A stretch of 50,447 bases of DNA from a virus. Of the stretch, positions 25,037 to 34,967 are shown piece by piece; the stretch's first letter is position 1, and every line of letters begins with the position of its first letter. Where the stretch lies: positions 1-50,447 of the IMG/VR virus record IMGVR_UViG_3300046484_000036; one strand, given 5' to 3'. Under the pieces are notes generated by a model. It was not told the DNA's origin and searched no databases. It saw only the letters and a list, made by a program, of their open reading frames with translations. The position numbers were made by a program, and so were the translations under genes.

Positions 25037-25653
25037 GATTCAAAAATGAGAAGCCTGCGTATTCAGGATTCAACTACCTCCAGAAAGAAACTGCGTTAAT
25101 CCTCACCGGGGATTCCCTGGGCGAGCTAACCCGCAAAGTAATCGACCACCGTAAGCACAAGAATCTGCCGTTCGGCTCCGAGGCTGACGTGCAGAAAGAA
25201 ATCGAGCGGTGGATCTGTGGCCGGCTTGGGAACAACGAGTGCATAGCTGAAGGTCCGGACGACTCTTGGGTACCCACGCCTCAGGACAGCAACGTAATGA
25301 GCCTGGAGAAGATTGTCGGCTTTAGCACCGCCGCCTGGACCTGGCTGAAGAGCGGGGGAGAGTTCGTGGCGAAAGAAGAAGCTCAACGTCGGGCCGCGAT
25401 CTGCTGGGGGTGCGCAGCAAACGTCGATCAAGGGCACGAGTGCTTTACGTGCTCACTCAGCAAGCTCGTCCGCTCAGCGGTGCCCGACGACCGCAGGATA
25501 GCCGGTCTTCACAGCTGTCAATTCTGCGGCTGTGATCTTGTGAGCAAGGTCAATTTGCCTGATGCGGCTATCATCGCCTCTAATGCCAATCGGGGTTTAA
25601 TCTTCCCTAGCTGGTGCTGGCAAGTTAGTCTTGCAAAGAAACCCGATGCCTGA
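25024..25653 (+). CDS. Cys-rich hypothetical protein (209 aa)
   Basis: Cys cluster CWGCAANVDQGHECFTCS ... SCQFCGCD suggests Zn binding. No family recognised. Confidence 0.55.
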   Translation: MALLRFKNEKPAYSGFNYLQKETALILTGDSLGELTRKVIDHRKHKNLPFGSEADVQKEIERWICGRLGNNECIAEGPDDSWVPTPQDSNVMSLEKIVGFSTAAWTWLKSGGEFVAKEEAQRRAAICWGCAANVDQGHECFTCSLSKLVRSAVPDDRRIAGLHSCQFCGCDLVSKVNLPDAAIIASNANRGLIFPSWCWQVSLAKKPDA

Positions 25654-25885
25654 CAGTAGCAATCTCATGGCATCCTACCGCCCACGTTTTGCCGGTCGCC
25701 CAGCCGCGCCGCGAGTTGAAAACCTCAACGGCCAAAAAGAGGCATTCCCGCAGGGGGCATCTCCTGCTCGTCCTGAAAAGTACGATGTAGTTTCCGGCCC
25801 GGCTCCGATGAAGACCACGAATGCTTTCCACGCCAGCGGACCGACCACTTCTACTCCGAAAATCGGCCTCGGGCTTGGTTTCTGA
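25646..25885 (+). CDS. Hypothetical protein (79 aa)
   Basis: ATG at 25646 overlaps the previous stop (ATGCCTGA). Pro/Ala-rich. Confidence 0.4.
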   Translation: MPDSSNLMASYRPRFAGRPAAPRVENLNGQKEAFPQGASPARPEKYDVVSGPAPMKTTNAFHASGPTTSTPKIGLGLGF

Positions 25886-26121
25886 TGCAACTGCGCCCCT
25901 ACAGATCTCCGACCATAGGGGCTTCTCGAAGCCAGCAGAAGTTCATGCGCCAATTCGTGCAAAATAGACTCAGGGTATTGACCCCTCAGTTGGGGCTTAA
26001 TCTAGGCTTCGATTCCGTTGGGCGCGGGGTAGTCCCGCCGCCGAGCGGTAATACTTACCTTAACCCTTCAGGATTTAGCTACTTTCGACCAGATGGGGCG
26101 TCTATATACCTACGACCATGA
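25885..26121 (+). CDS. Hypothetical protein (78 aa)
   Basis: TGATG overlap with the previous ORF and ATGA overlap with the next one. Confidence 0.4.
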   Translation: MQLRPYRSPTIGASRSQQKFMRQFVQNRLRVLTPQLGLNLGFDSVGRGVVPPPSGNTYLNPSGFSYFRPDGASIYLRP

Positions 26122-27551
26122 GCGATTTAACCACGAGTACTGCCGTCGATACCTTTATGCAGTCAGCGAGTGTCGCCGCTGCGCGTACCTCGCTTGGTCT
26201 TCCTATCGCTAATATAGGGTCAACATCGTTCACTTCTTTTAATAATATAGCGATAAATCCCCATGCTACTATTATTTATAAGGGGTATTTTTATGTATTC
26301 GATGTAGCCTTAGCATCGGCCTGTAAGATAAATGCTATTGATTTTTCCGATGTTATATATAGTACTGCTACTCACCCGATGGCACAGATTTGCGACGGTG
26401 GTGACGGGTTTTTATATGCTGTAAGCAATGTCACTCCCGTTCATATTTATAGGATCGACCCTGTCACGCTGGCTAATACGGACATGGGGAATACTACATT
26501 GGGACTGGGTTCGCGTCCATCTATCTGTTCCGACGGACTAGGCAATTTGTACGTTGTCGCTAGCAACGGTATTCAGAAATGGACTACAGGCGGAGCTCAG
26601 CTTGCCAGTGTCACCAATACGCTGCTCCTGTTGAAGGGCCATTGTATCGTCTATGCTGGCGGGTCTGTTTTTGTTACATCATCGGCAGGCGGTAGTGTCG
26701 TGCTGAAATTGTCTTCTAGTACCTTGACCGGTAGTAGTATCGCCCTTTCTACACCTTTCATCGCTACCGATGATATGGCTTTTGACTCTACTTACTTGTA
26801 TATTTTTTCTGAGTCCGGCGATCAGGGCGGAATCGGAGCGCGTGAACCCAGAATGGCGCGGGTAAAGCAATCTGATTTATCGGCTACTTATTATCATTTG
26901 GATTTGCCTAGCTACGGCGGCGTATTTGACGGAAATCGCACGGTTTGGATTTTATACGGTAGTGATACTACGTTGTCAGGCGGACGCATGGCCGCATTTG
27001 ATACCGTGAACGCGACACTGACTCCGTATGTCACTAACCTTCCGGGCATCCCTAATGAGGTTGCGGTTGTGGGTGGTACGTCATTGATCGTTACTACCTG
27101 GGGTGTGGGCGGAGGGAAGATACTCACCGTGGTCCCGCAGCTAGACGTCAGGGCAGTTGGTTTGGATGGCGTCCAAACGAGGGACTGGTCTGCCCCTTTT
27201 GCTGTGGCTGAAGACATTGATACCGGCAATACCACGCTCTATTTGCAGTCGAGTAATTTGTTTCAGCTTCTCGCGACTGTGCCCGGCGTTATCACCGCAG
27301 ATTTTTCGTTTTTTCCTGCGGCAGGTGTCAACTCATCGACTCTGTTCGTGCTCACGATTGCGAACTACGGCGTGGGCGGTGTGACTAAGACATTCGATCC
27401 TGCGGTTTTTGTTGACTCTAACGGCGTGGTCGTTGCGCCTGTGACAGTGCCTGCGTCGGGCACGGCTGTGTTTCAGTTTATGTTTATCGGTACGGATTTT
27501 GGGAGTACTGGTCCCGTCATCCTAGAAGTATCCAGAAAAATTCTAAGTTAA
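26118..27551 (+). CDS. Hypothetical virion-associated protein, repetitive beta-rich (477 aa)
   Basis: Recurrent segments such as GFLYAVSN, GNLYVVASNG, GSVFVTSS and TYLYIFSE suggest a propeller-like repeat. The function is unknown. Confidence 0.5.
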   Translation: MSDLTTSTAVDTFMQSASVAAARTSLGLPIANIGSTSFTSFNNIAINPHATIIYKGYFYVFDVALASACKINAIDFSDVIYSTATHPMAQICDGGDGFLYAVSNVTPVHIYRIDPVTLANTDMGNTTLGLGSRPSICSDGLGNLYVVASNGIQKWTTGGAQLASVTNTLLLLKGHCIVYAGGSVFVTSSAGGSVVLKLSSSTLTGSSIALSTPFIATDDMAFDSTYLYIFSESGDQGGIGAREPRMARVKQSDLSATYYHLDLPSYGGVFDGNRTVWILYGSDTTLSGGRMAAFDTVNATLTPYVTNLPGIPNEVAVVGGTSLIVTTWGVGGGKILTVVPQLDVRAVGLDGVQTRDWSAPFAVAEDIDTGNTTLYLQSSNLFQLLATVPGVITADFSFFPAAGVNSSTLFVLTIANYGVGGVTKTFDPAVFVDSNGVVVAPVTVPASGTAVFQFMFIGTDFGSTGPVILEVSRKILS

Positions 27552-27555
27552 TATT

Positions 27556-27705
27556 ATGAACTCCACCAAACAAGCGCGTCCTACTTCGACGCCCAAGACC
27601 GTTACCTTCGTGAAGGGTGTCAAGCCTTTCGCTCCGATGTGCAACTCCCGCGTCAGCCCGAAGTCGAAAACCGCCCCGAAGATCTGCGACTGCAACGGGA
27701 AATAA
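27556..27705 (+). CDS. Small basic hypothetical protein (49 aa)
   Basis: Below the track cut-off. ATG 27556, TAA 27703-27705. Hand translation: MNSTKQARPTSTPKTVTFVKGVKPFAPMCNSRVSPKSKTAPKICDCNGK. It fills the gap before the portal gene. Confidence 0.35.
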   Translation: MNSTKQARPTSTPKTVTFVKGVKPFAPMCNSRVSPKSKTAPKICDCNGK

Positions 27706-27711
27706 TCTTCT

Positions 27712-29934
27712 GTGGCCAACAACAAAGGCAAAGCCCCACCCCCAAAGAAGCCTGTAGCGGTATCCAAGACTCCGATACAGAACGATTGGGATCGCGTCAC
27801 TTCGTATCGCCGGGTTGATTCCGTAGGCGGGGCGCGAACGATTTTCAACCGCTTCATCACGGACAACGTGATGCGGTCGAACACGATTGCACAGACACGC
27901 AATCAACTGGAGGGTGGACGGCCTTTCTCCCCGGAGGATCTCGAATCCCAGGGTGCAGCATGGCAGACCAATATCAACTTCGGGGATGCACAGTCGTCTC
28001 GGGATCGCGACTTCCTCCCCTACTGGCAGCTCATTAACGAGGTGCCGCACCGTGCTGCCTTTGAGATAGATTCCACTTCGACCGATTGCGAGAAGTGGAC
28101 GGCCTCTTTCTCGGAGGCCTTTGACGAGTTCCATGAAGATTGGGCGGCAAGCTACTTCGTGGAGTTCATGAAGTTCGCCAAGAACTTCATCGACTTTGGC
28201 CCAGGTATTGTGCAGTGGCAAGACAGCGAAGACCCCCGATACAAATCGGTCAATGTCCAGCGTGTTTACTGGCCTAAAAACACGTCGATGAACCCCGACT
28301 CCTGGGAGGTTATGGCCCTCGTGCGCGATGTAGGGGCGTCAGAACTTTATGGGTACATACGCGATGCTGAAACAACTCGTAAGGCTAAGTACGCCGGTTG
28401 GAATGAGAATGCTATTAAGGCTGCTATCGTTCAAATGGGGCAGGCAGGTAGCGGACAGTTTCCCGACTATCGCGATTACACACGATTCCAGGATCTTCTC
28501 GTCAATAACGACATCGTTATCACAACCCCCTTTCAGCCGATTACGTGTGTCTGGCTCTACGTCAAGAATTTTGACGGTAAGATCGGCTGTTACGTCTTCC
28601 CGCAGAATAAAGGCGTGGAGGAGTTCCTTTTTGAAGACGATGCCTACACCGACGATTGGCGGCATCTGTTAGGTGCGGTTTGGTACGACACCGGCACCGA
28701 CGGAATGATTCACTCCATCAAAGGGTTTGGCATAAAGAATTTCTTCTTCTCTTCGCTCCTCAACCGGATGAAGTGCCGCATGGTAGATGGCGCGGCGATC
28801 TCGTCAGGCCTCACCTTCCAGTACACGGGCGAAAATCTTCCGGCTGAATCCCCACCGGTGGAGAACTTCGGGCCGATGACGATGCTCCCTGGCGGAATGC
28901 AGCAAGTCAGCGTGTACCCTCAGCTTCAACAGGCGATGGAAGTCACGCAGATGCTGAGCAAGAACCGTGATGAAAACAACTCTCTCTACTCCGAACAGCA
29001 ACGTCAGATCGAAAGCACCGACACTGCTACCCAAGCCAAACTCCTGGCTGGTATGCAAGGGCAACTCTCCGTCGCCCAAGCCGCGATCTTCCTTTCGCAA
29101 GTAGGATCCAACATTTACACGGAGCAGGTTCGCCGGATGCGGACAAAGGGGAACAAGTGCGACGACGCTAAGAAATTCGTTGCTCGTCTTCGCGCCCGCT
29201 CGGTCCCGGATGAAGTTATTTTCGACACTCCGATCCGCGTGAAATGTGCCGCTAATGCGGGCATGGCGAACCCTCAGATGATGACGCAGAAGTTCCAAGA
29301 GGGGCTTCAGCTTTCCCAGATGCCGGGCGTAAATGCACGCTGGTTCCTGGAGAGCCTGATCGCGTACAAGTACGGCTCCCAAGCGGTAGCCAAGGCTCTC
29401 CTACCTGAAGGTCAGGATTCCGAGCCTATGCAGCGTCGTGAGGCCATGATCGAAAACTCCCTTTTTGGCCAGGGTATGCCGTTGCCTGTCGCTCCCGAGG
29501 ATGCCCATTTTGAGCATATTCAGGAGCATCTAAAACCGCTTATTCCAATGGTTCAGCAATTCCAGAAGACGCAGAACATCCCACCAGAAGCGGTAGCCGC
29601 GCTCACCATTGGTATCGAGCACACCGGCCAGCACATGGAATATCTCTCCAAGGACGAGACTAAGAAGCAACAGATGCAGGCGATCACGCCCGCTTTCCGG
29701 CAGGTGCAGAGTATCGCTCGCGGCATCCTTAATAAAGTGCAGGCCCAGCAGCAGGGTGGTCAACAGCAGCCTGCCCCACAGGCACAAGGCGGCTCACAGC
29801 AACCACAGAAGTCGGCCAGTGAGTCGATCAGCATTTCTTTCAAGGATCTCGGCATCGAACCGAAGAACGCACTCCTCCAACAATTGGGCTTGCCCCCGAT
29901 GCAGCAGCAACCTATGCCGAACGGTAGAAGCTAA
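27712..29934 (+). CDS. Portal (head-tail connector) protein
   Basis: 740 aa, GTG start. It sits upstream of scaffold and capsid in the T7-like order portal-scaffold-capsid. Gln-rich C-terminal tail. The call rests on size and position. Confidence 0.65.
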   Translation: MANNKGKAPPPKKPVAVSKTPIQNDWDRVTSYRRVDSVGGARTIFNRFITDNVMRSNTIAQTRNQLEGGRPFSPEDLESQGAAWQTNINFGDAQSSRDRDFLPYWQLINEVPHRAAFEIDSTSTDCEKWTASFSEAFDEFHEDWAASYFVEFMKFAKNFIDFGPGIVQWQDSEDPRYKSVNVQRVYWPKNTSMNPDSWEVMALVRDVGASELYGYIRDAETTRKAKYAGWNENAIKAAIVQMGQAGSGQFPDYRDYTRFQDLLVNNDIVITTPFQPITCVWLYVKNFDGKIGCYVFPQNKGVEEFLFEDDAYTDDWRHLLGAVWYDTGTDGMIHSIKGFGIKNFFFSSLLNRMKCRMVDGAAISSGLTFQYTGENLPAESPPVENFGPMTMLPGGMQQVSVYPQLQQAMEVTQMLSKNRDENNSLYSEQQRQIESTDTATQAKLLAGMQGQLSVAQAAIFLSQVGSNIYTEQVRRMRTKGNKCDDAKKFVARLRARSVPDEVIFDTPIRVKCAANAGMANPQMMTQKFQEGLQLSQMPGVNARWFLESLIAYKYGSQAVAKALLPEGQDSEPMQRREAMIENSLFGQGMPLPVAPEDAHFEHIQEHLKPLIPMVQQFQKTQNIPPEAVAALTIGIEHTGQHMEYLSKDETKKQQMQAITPAFRQVQSIARGILNKVQAQQQGGQQQPAPQAQGGSQQPQKSASESISISFKDLGIEPKNALLQQLGLPPMQQQPMPNGRS

Positions 29935-29937
29935 CTT

Positions 29938-30309
29938 ATGCCTAAAACACCCCGGCTGAAAGCGGCACTGGCCCCCCGCATGAACGACGAACCCTTCGTA
30001 CCCGACATAACGCAAGATCTAACCCCCGAGGAAAAGGGCGAACTACGCGCCTTCTTTGCCGGACCGATCTGGAAAAAAGTGCTGGCGAACGCACGTCTAT
30101 CCCGCCCATCTCTCATGCCTCAAGGTTTGGACACTGCCCTCGGTCCGCAGATCGCGATTAACCGGCTGCACGAACTTCGTGGGTGGATGTTTTTAGAGTC
30201 CGCCCTCGCCCAGCCGATTCTAGCCTCCATACCCAAGCGTAAGCAATTGGTAGAAAGCTATCCAGATGCTGGTCGCCCCGACTTTGAAATGAAACCTATC
30301 ACCCCGTAA
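29938..30309 (+). CDS. Hypothetical protein (123 aa)
   Basis: Track ORF, 3 nt after the portal stop. Confidence 0.55.
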   Translation: MPKTPRLKAALAPRMNDEPFVPDITQDLTPEEKGELRAFFAGPIWKKVLANARLSRPSLMPQGLDTALGPQIAINRLHELRGWMFLESALAQPILASIPKRKQLVESYPDAGRPDFEMKPITP

Positions 30310-30313
30310 CCTT

Positions 30314-30577
30314 ATGGAAACGCTACACATAGATACGGTTAATCCCCACCACCATGCTTCAGCTCGTTGGGCATTTTCAGCTAAAAATCCCTCTTTAGAA
30401 AGTAAAAAGCAGACTGAAGAATACCAAAAATTTATGGCGAAAGTATCCGAGCTTGAGGGCGCTACTCCCTCGGAAGAGGAGCAAATTACTTTTTGTCTGA
30501 TGCTGAGAAACCCGAAAAAATTTGGCTACTACTGGAAAGGAAAACTCATTCACCAGTACGAACTATTAACCCCGTAA
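30314..30577 (+). CDS. Hypothetical protein (87 aa)
   Basis: Track ORF, tightly packed with its neighbours. Confidence 0.5.
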   Translation: METLHIDTVNPHHHASARWAFSAKNPSLESKKQTEEYQKFMAKVSELEGATPSEEEQITFCLMLRNPKKFGYYWKGKLIHQYELLTP

Positions 30578-30581
30578 TCTT

Positions 30582-31886
30582 ATGCCTCCTGTACCTCCTG
30601 CCGCGCCAGCCGCGCGCACTCCTACTCCGGTCAATCCGACCTTACAAACCCGCCCCGTCTCGGCTCCCGCGCCCACGACGGCTCGCCCGGCGTCGTCTGC
30701 CGCTACCCCAGACTTCTCGAAGGTCAGGTCCGCTCCCCAGCAGATAAACTCTTCTCTGAAAGATGGGCTTAAGGCCCTTTATGGTCAGGGGGTAACGCCC
30801 CCCGCTGCGGTGGCCGCGCCGGTTGCTGTTACTCCGCCTCCTGTCGCTGCCGAGCCAGTGGTCAAAGTCGAAGCCCCTGTTTCCCCCGTTGAGGCTCCCG
30901 TTGCCCAAGTAACGCCATCCGTCGCCGCCGAGCCGGTAGATCGATTCGCTGATATCGCCGAACCCGAGGGCATCTCTGAGTCCGGCAAAAAAGGCTGGAA
31001 GGCCCTCAAGACCAAGGCGGAAACGGAAATTACGACGGCGCAGAAGAAGCTGGCGGACGCGGAAGCCCAGCTCGCTACCCTGCGCAAGGCCACGCCCGCC
31101 GACGTTGCCGATGTGGAGAAGCTGAAGGGGGAGCATCAGAAAGCCCTTGATCGTCTCGCCATCCTCGATCTCCAAAACCACCCTGACTTCACCCGGCAGT
31201 ACACCGAGCCGAAAGCTAAAGCGCTCGTAGAGGCTGGGGAAGTATTGGCCTACAATAGTAAAGGCGCGGTCGATCCGGCGCTTCTCGGCAAATCTCAGAA
31301 GGATTTCAATGCCGCCGTGGCCGAGATGACCAAGGACATGAACAGCATGGACGCGAGCACGGTCCAAGTGGCGATGCGCAATGCCTACAAGCTGGCGAAC
31401 GATGAACGTTCGGCGCTGGCCAAGGCAGGCGAACTCCGTTCTGGTATCGAGGCGAAGGACGCTCAGCAGCGCACCCAAGCCTTCGAGAAAGTTTACGGGA
31501 AGATCGGCATTGAGGGGGTGATAGCCCAAAGGGAAGCCCCCGCCGATGCCACTGCCGAGCAGAAAGCCGAGGTAGCAAGCTACAATGCTGCACTCGCGCA
31601 AACCCGCGCAATGGCAGAAAAGAATGTTTTTGGCCGGTTGTCCTTAGAGGATACCGCTACGGTGGGTACGAAAGCCGCCTACCTAGACGTGATGGTAGGG
31701 CATGTATTCCCTATGTTGGAACGTGGGTTCTCCAAAGTTACTGCCGAGCGTGATGCCCTGATTAAAGAGCTTCAGGCGATCCGTGGGCTCAAGCAGCCGG
31801 GTAACTTCAACGCGCCGACGGAAGTGGCCCCTCCAGGGAAACCCGACATGAAAGCACTCTTGCAAAAAGCATTTCCGAAGAGATGA
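30582..31886 (+). CDS. Scaffolding protein (putative)
   Basis: 434 aa. Pro/Ala-rich N-terminus, then long Ala/Glu/Lys helical segments. It lies between portal and capsid. Confidence 0.55.
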   Translation: MPPVPPAAPAARTPTPVNPTLQTRPVSAPAPTTARPASSAATPDFSKVRSAPQQINSSLKDGLKALYGQGVTPPAAVAAPVAVTPPPVAAEPVVKVEAPVSPVEAPVAQVTPSVAAEPVDRFADIAEPEGISESGKKGWKALKTKAETEITTAQKKLADAEAQLATLRKATPADVADVEKLKGEHQKALDRLAILDLQNHPDFTRQYTEPKAKALVEAGEVLAYNSKGAVDPALLGKSQKDFNAAVAEMTKDMNSMDASTVQVAMRNAYKLANDERSALAKAGELRSGIEAKDAQQRTQAFEKVYGKIGIEGVIAQREAPADATAEQKAEVASYNAALAQTRAMAEKNVFGRLSLEDTATVGTKAAYLDVMVGHVFPMLERGFSKVTAERDALIKELQAIRGLKQPGNFNAPTEVAPPGKPDMKALLQKAFPKR

Positions 31887-32045
31887 AAATTTCTGCCGCA
31901 AGGTAGTTAGGCCCGGCCAAGTTTTTCTTGCGAAATACTTGGTGGATGTAATTCCCGTAACTGAGGTACCGGTCGGTTGGAACCCGACGATGCGAGCAAC
32001 CTATTCCGGCAGCTTCCGAGGAGTAGGAACGAAGCTAGTCATTTC

Positions 32046-32077
32046 GCCCCCGGGTTTACCCCCTCGGGGGCTTTTTC
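32046..32077 (+). terminator. Rho-independent terminator between the scaffold and capsid genes
   Basis: gcccccggg (32046-32054) pairs with cctcgggggc (32062-32071), giving 7 GC pairs plus 2 more, followed by ttttt (32072-32076). Confidence 0.65.
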
Positions 32078-32258
32078 TTGACAGTAATGTGAACTAATGG
32101 CAGGAGGGATACGTGGATTAAGTCAGGACCGGAGTTGATCCCACCGGGGTAGATCAAAACGGCTTGATAGTAGATCGGCGGCCTCGATCAGAAACGCAAC
32201 ACACCGCGATTATCGCGATGCGTTCAATCGAACCAACGTCAGTCAACTCTCTCCTACC

Positions 32259-33440
32259 ATGCCCGATCTAGCCAATATCAATAACTTTTTCGAACAAGCT
32301 GTTAATCAGTTTGTTGAGCCAATCTATAACTGGATTTGGCGCACTAATCCTTTCATCTCCCTGATCCCTCGCGCTGAGTTTACGCCAATGGACGGTCTCG
32401 TGCCAATGGTCGTTACCACGACTTCGGATCTGCCCACCCTCTACCCTGATGACGCGGGCAGCGGCTGGAACAACCTCGCTATCTCTGATGGGACCGGCTC
32501 GTCCTGCGACGTGACGCCCACTCAAATCAACGACGGTTCTATCAGCCGCAATTATCAGCTCGAAGCGAATGCCTGGACCTCCCGCACGATCTGCTTGACT
32601 GATCTCCAGTTCGACTGGCAGGCCGAACAGATGGTGGCCAACCTCCAGAAAAATCTGGAGCAGTACACCACGGTCGTCTGGTCCGACTGGTATCGCATCA
32701 AAACGGTCGGCGCTTGCGGCACCAAAGTTTCTACGCTTACCGGCGACGGCACTTTCCAGTCAGTTGATGGTAACCAGAACTTCACCGGTCTTGCTGGTCA
32801 TCTCCCGACCGGCCCGCTCACTTGGAATATCCTCAATCCTCTGTATGACTTCCTCATGCAGGCAGGTGCAGAGGCCAACGCCGTCGGTTACTCGGAAGGT
32901 CAGCCGCTCGTCTCGCTTGTGTGTGGCCCCGGCGTCAAACGCTCGCTCTGGCAGGATGACACCAAGATCCGTGATACGGTCAACTGGGGCGATGCGTTCC
33001 AGAACTTCACGGCTCGCGGTATTAACACTTCCATCAACGGTTTTGTACCGAACATGGATCTGTATCCAATTCGGTACGCTGCCGATGGTACGACCAAGAT
33101 CTACCCGACGATCAACGTCGCCGCGTCCAAGGGTAACAAGAACATCCCGAACCCGGACTACAAGACCGTCGCGCGCGGTGGTCTCGCGGTGTACGAGGTG
33201 GCCTACATCCTCCCGAACGACGTGTGGGAAGCCCGGGTGCGTCCGATTGGTGCAACCAACTTCGGTATGGCCGCGTTCAACCCGATCAACTATGTCGGTG
33301 AACTCCAGTGGATCAACAACAAGGACAACGTGAACAATCCTCAGGGAAACAAGGGCTATTACCGCTTGGACATCCAAACGGCTTCTCGCCCGGTCCGCCC
33401 CGAGATCGGCTTCGCGATTTTGACGCAGGCCGTTGACTAA
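32259..33440 (+). CDS. Major capsid protein
   Basis: 393 aa. It follows the scaffold gene, has its own long leader, and is followed by the strongest terminator in the window. The call rests on position and size. Confidence 0.65.
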   Translation: MPDLANINNFFEQAVNQFVEPIYNWIWRTNPFISLIPRAEFTPMDGLVPMVVTTTSDLPTLYPDDAGSGWNNLAISDGTGSSCDVTPTQINDGSISRNYQLEANAWTSRTICLTDLQFDWQAEQMVANLQKNLEQYTTVVWSDWYRIKTVGACGTKVSTLTGDGTFQSVDGNQNFTGLAGHLPTGPLTWNILNPLYDFLMQAGAEANAVGYSEGQPLVSLVCGPGVKRSLWQDDTKIRDTVNWGDAFQNFTARGINTSINGFVPNMDLYPIRYAADGTTKIYPTINVAASKGNKNIPNPDYKTVARGGLAVYEVAYILPNDVWEARVRPIGATNFGMAAFNPINYVGELQWINNKDNVNNPQGNKGYYRLDIQTASRPVRPEIGFAILTQAVD

Positions 33441-33462
33441 GCGCAATTGAGTTGAAAATTCG

Positions 33463-33497
33463 AGGGCCTGCTCCGTAGTTGGTGCAGGCCCTTTTTA
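33463..33497 (+). terminator. Rho-independent terminator after the capsid gene
   Basis: agggcctgc (33463-33471) pairs with gcaggccct (33484-33492), 12-nt loop, T5 run. Confidence 0.8.
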
Positions 33498-33499
33498 AA

Positions 33500-34519
33500 A
33501 TGTCCTCTGGTCTTTTTGCTACCCCTACTCCGACGCCTTTCGGGATACCTCAATCCGATGGCAGCGGGTTTATCGACCCAGAGTGGTTAGTCACGAACGG
33601 GACAGGGGTATTGCAAAACGATGGGGTGGGCAACCTAGCTTGGGTCCCCAGTGGTGGAGGTGGATCTAACCCTCTGACAACTTTGGGTGACACACTATAC
33701 GGAGCAGTAGCAGGAGTGCCAACCCGTCTCGCTGGAAATACGACAACCGGCGTGCAATTTTTGACCCAAGTTGGCGATGGAATAAACTCAGCCGCTCCTA
33801 GTTGGGAGTTGTTCCCAACTGAGTTTCGTTTTGATAGACTTGGAGTAGCTCAAGATCCAGATTCAAGCTACTCGCTTGCCGTCACTGGGCCGGCTCTTTT
33901 TACTGGAACAGTAAAGGCTACCGACTTCTTTTCTATAGTAACTGGAGGGAAAGCCTTAAGTTTTGGTATATTATCGGACGCAACAGATTTTGTAGGATTT
34001 GCGGGTAGCCCCGCTGCGCCTAGTATCAGCAACTATATAGTTGCTTCGAATGGGATTGATTCGGGCGACTACACTTTCCTTAATAACCCTAATGGCATAG
34101 TAGCGATACGAACCCAAAATGTTGACAGAATTTATGTGGCTAATACCGGAAAGGTCGGAATAGGCGTAACCTATGAGCCTGCGACTGCGGCTCTTGTAGT
34201 GGACGCTGGAGCCGGAGGAATTGCCATCGATGTTGCGAGTTCAAATTCTTATCTTGAAGCTAGACTTATTCGTAATTCCTTAAATGGATCAGACCATGAT
34301 CTATACTTAAACTACGCCGCTGGAGCGGGGAGCAGAACGGTGCTGTGTTCTGACGGTGCATTTTCTGCCTATGTTGTAGGAGGAAATTTTGGTATTGGGA
34401 CCTCTACTCCTGGGTCCAAACTTTCTATCGTCGGTCTTCCTACTTCACCATCAGGGCTATCCGCTGGAGACGTATGGTGTGATACTACTGGTGGACTGAA
34501 TATCCTCAAGATTGTATAA
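33500..34519 (+). CDS. Fibre-like / head-decoration structural protein
   Basis: ATG at 33500, just after the terminator. PLTTLGDTLYGAVAGVPTRLAGNTTTGVQFLTQVGDGINSAAPSW is the motif common in phage fibre N-terminal regions (kGDll.g......rL.vG.nGqvL). Confidence 0.55.
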   Translation: MSSGLFATPTPTPFGIPQSDGSGFIDPEWLVTNGTGVLQNDGVGNLAWVPSGGGGSNPLTTLGDTLYGAVAGVPTRLAGNTTTGVQFLTQVGDGINSAAPSWELFPTEFRFDRLGVAQDPDSSYSLAVTGPALFTGTVKATDFFSIVTGGKALSFGILSDATDFVGFAGSPAAPSISNYIVASNGIDSGDYTFLNNPNGIVAIRTQNVDRIYVANTGKVGIGVTYEPATAALVVDAGAGGIAIDVASSNSYLEARLIRNSLNGSDHDLYLNYAAGAGSRTVLCSDGAFSAYVVGGNFGIGTSTPGSKLSIVGLPTSPSGLSAGDVWCDTTGGLNILKIV

Positions 34520-34569
34520 AACAATTAATTTTGGGTTAGAAAAATAACGTCAATAAACAAATAAATAAT

Positions 34570-34737
34570 ATGTCACTACAAGATAAAATTGCTAACGCTT
34601 CGGTGCTAGTACCGGTTCTATTCGAACTGTCTAATAATGTTAATCTCCCAACTGATCTTCGTGCCTCCGCACAAGCTCAAGCCAATCTATTGTTCAATTT
34701 TTTGATCAATACCTCAAACCAGATATTAGCGACTTAA
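34570..34737 (+). CDS. Small hypothetical protein (55 aa)
   Basis: Below the track cut-off. Hand translation: MSLQDKIANASVLVPVLFELSNNVNLPTDLRASAQAQANLLFNFLINTSNQILAT. An AT-rich leader precedes it. A 10-bp-stem hairpin follows (34759-34768 pairs with 34778-34787). Confidence 0.35.
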   Translation: MSLQDKIANASVLVPVLFELSNNVNLPTDLRASAQAQANLLFNFLINTSNQILAT

Positions 34738-34796
34738 TGTAGCATATACAAACTACAGCGGATCGGGAAGTTTTATATCCCGATCCGTAAGACTTT

Positions 34797-34967
34797 ATGA
34801 CCCCAGACCCAAAACAACTGCTCCAGATAATCCACAATCGCGGCGAACAGGCTGCTGTTCCTGCTGCTGTCCATGACCAGGCGCGTGCGGCTGCCCAACA
34901 GCTCGCGCAATGGATCGAAGAACAACTTAAACCCCAAACCACACCCCCCGTCTGTGAAAAACAATAA
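34797..34967 (+). CDS. Small hypothetical protein (56 aa), conflicts with the 5' end of the next ORF
   Basis: Hand translation: MTPDPKQLLQIIHNRGEQAAVPAAVHDQARAAAQQLAQWIEEQLKPQTTPPVCEKQ. It overlaps track ORF 34873..35889 in another frame. Only one of the two can be coding in 34873-34967. Confidence 0.25.
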   Translation: MTPDPKQLLQIIHNRGEQAAVPAAVHDQARAAAQQLAQWIEEQLKPQTTPPVCEKQ

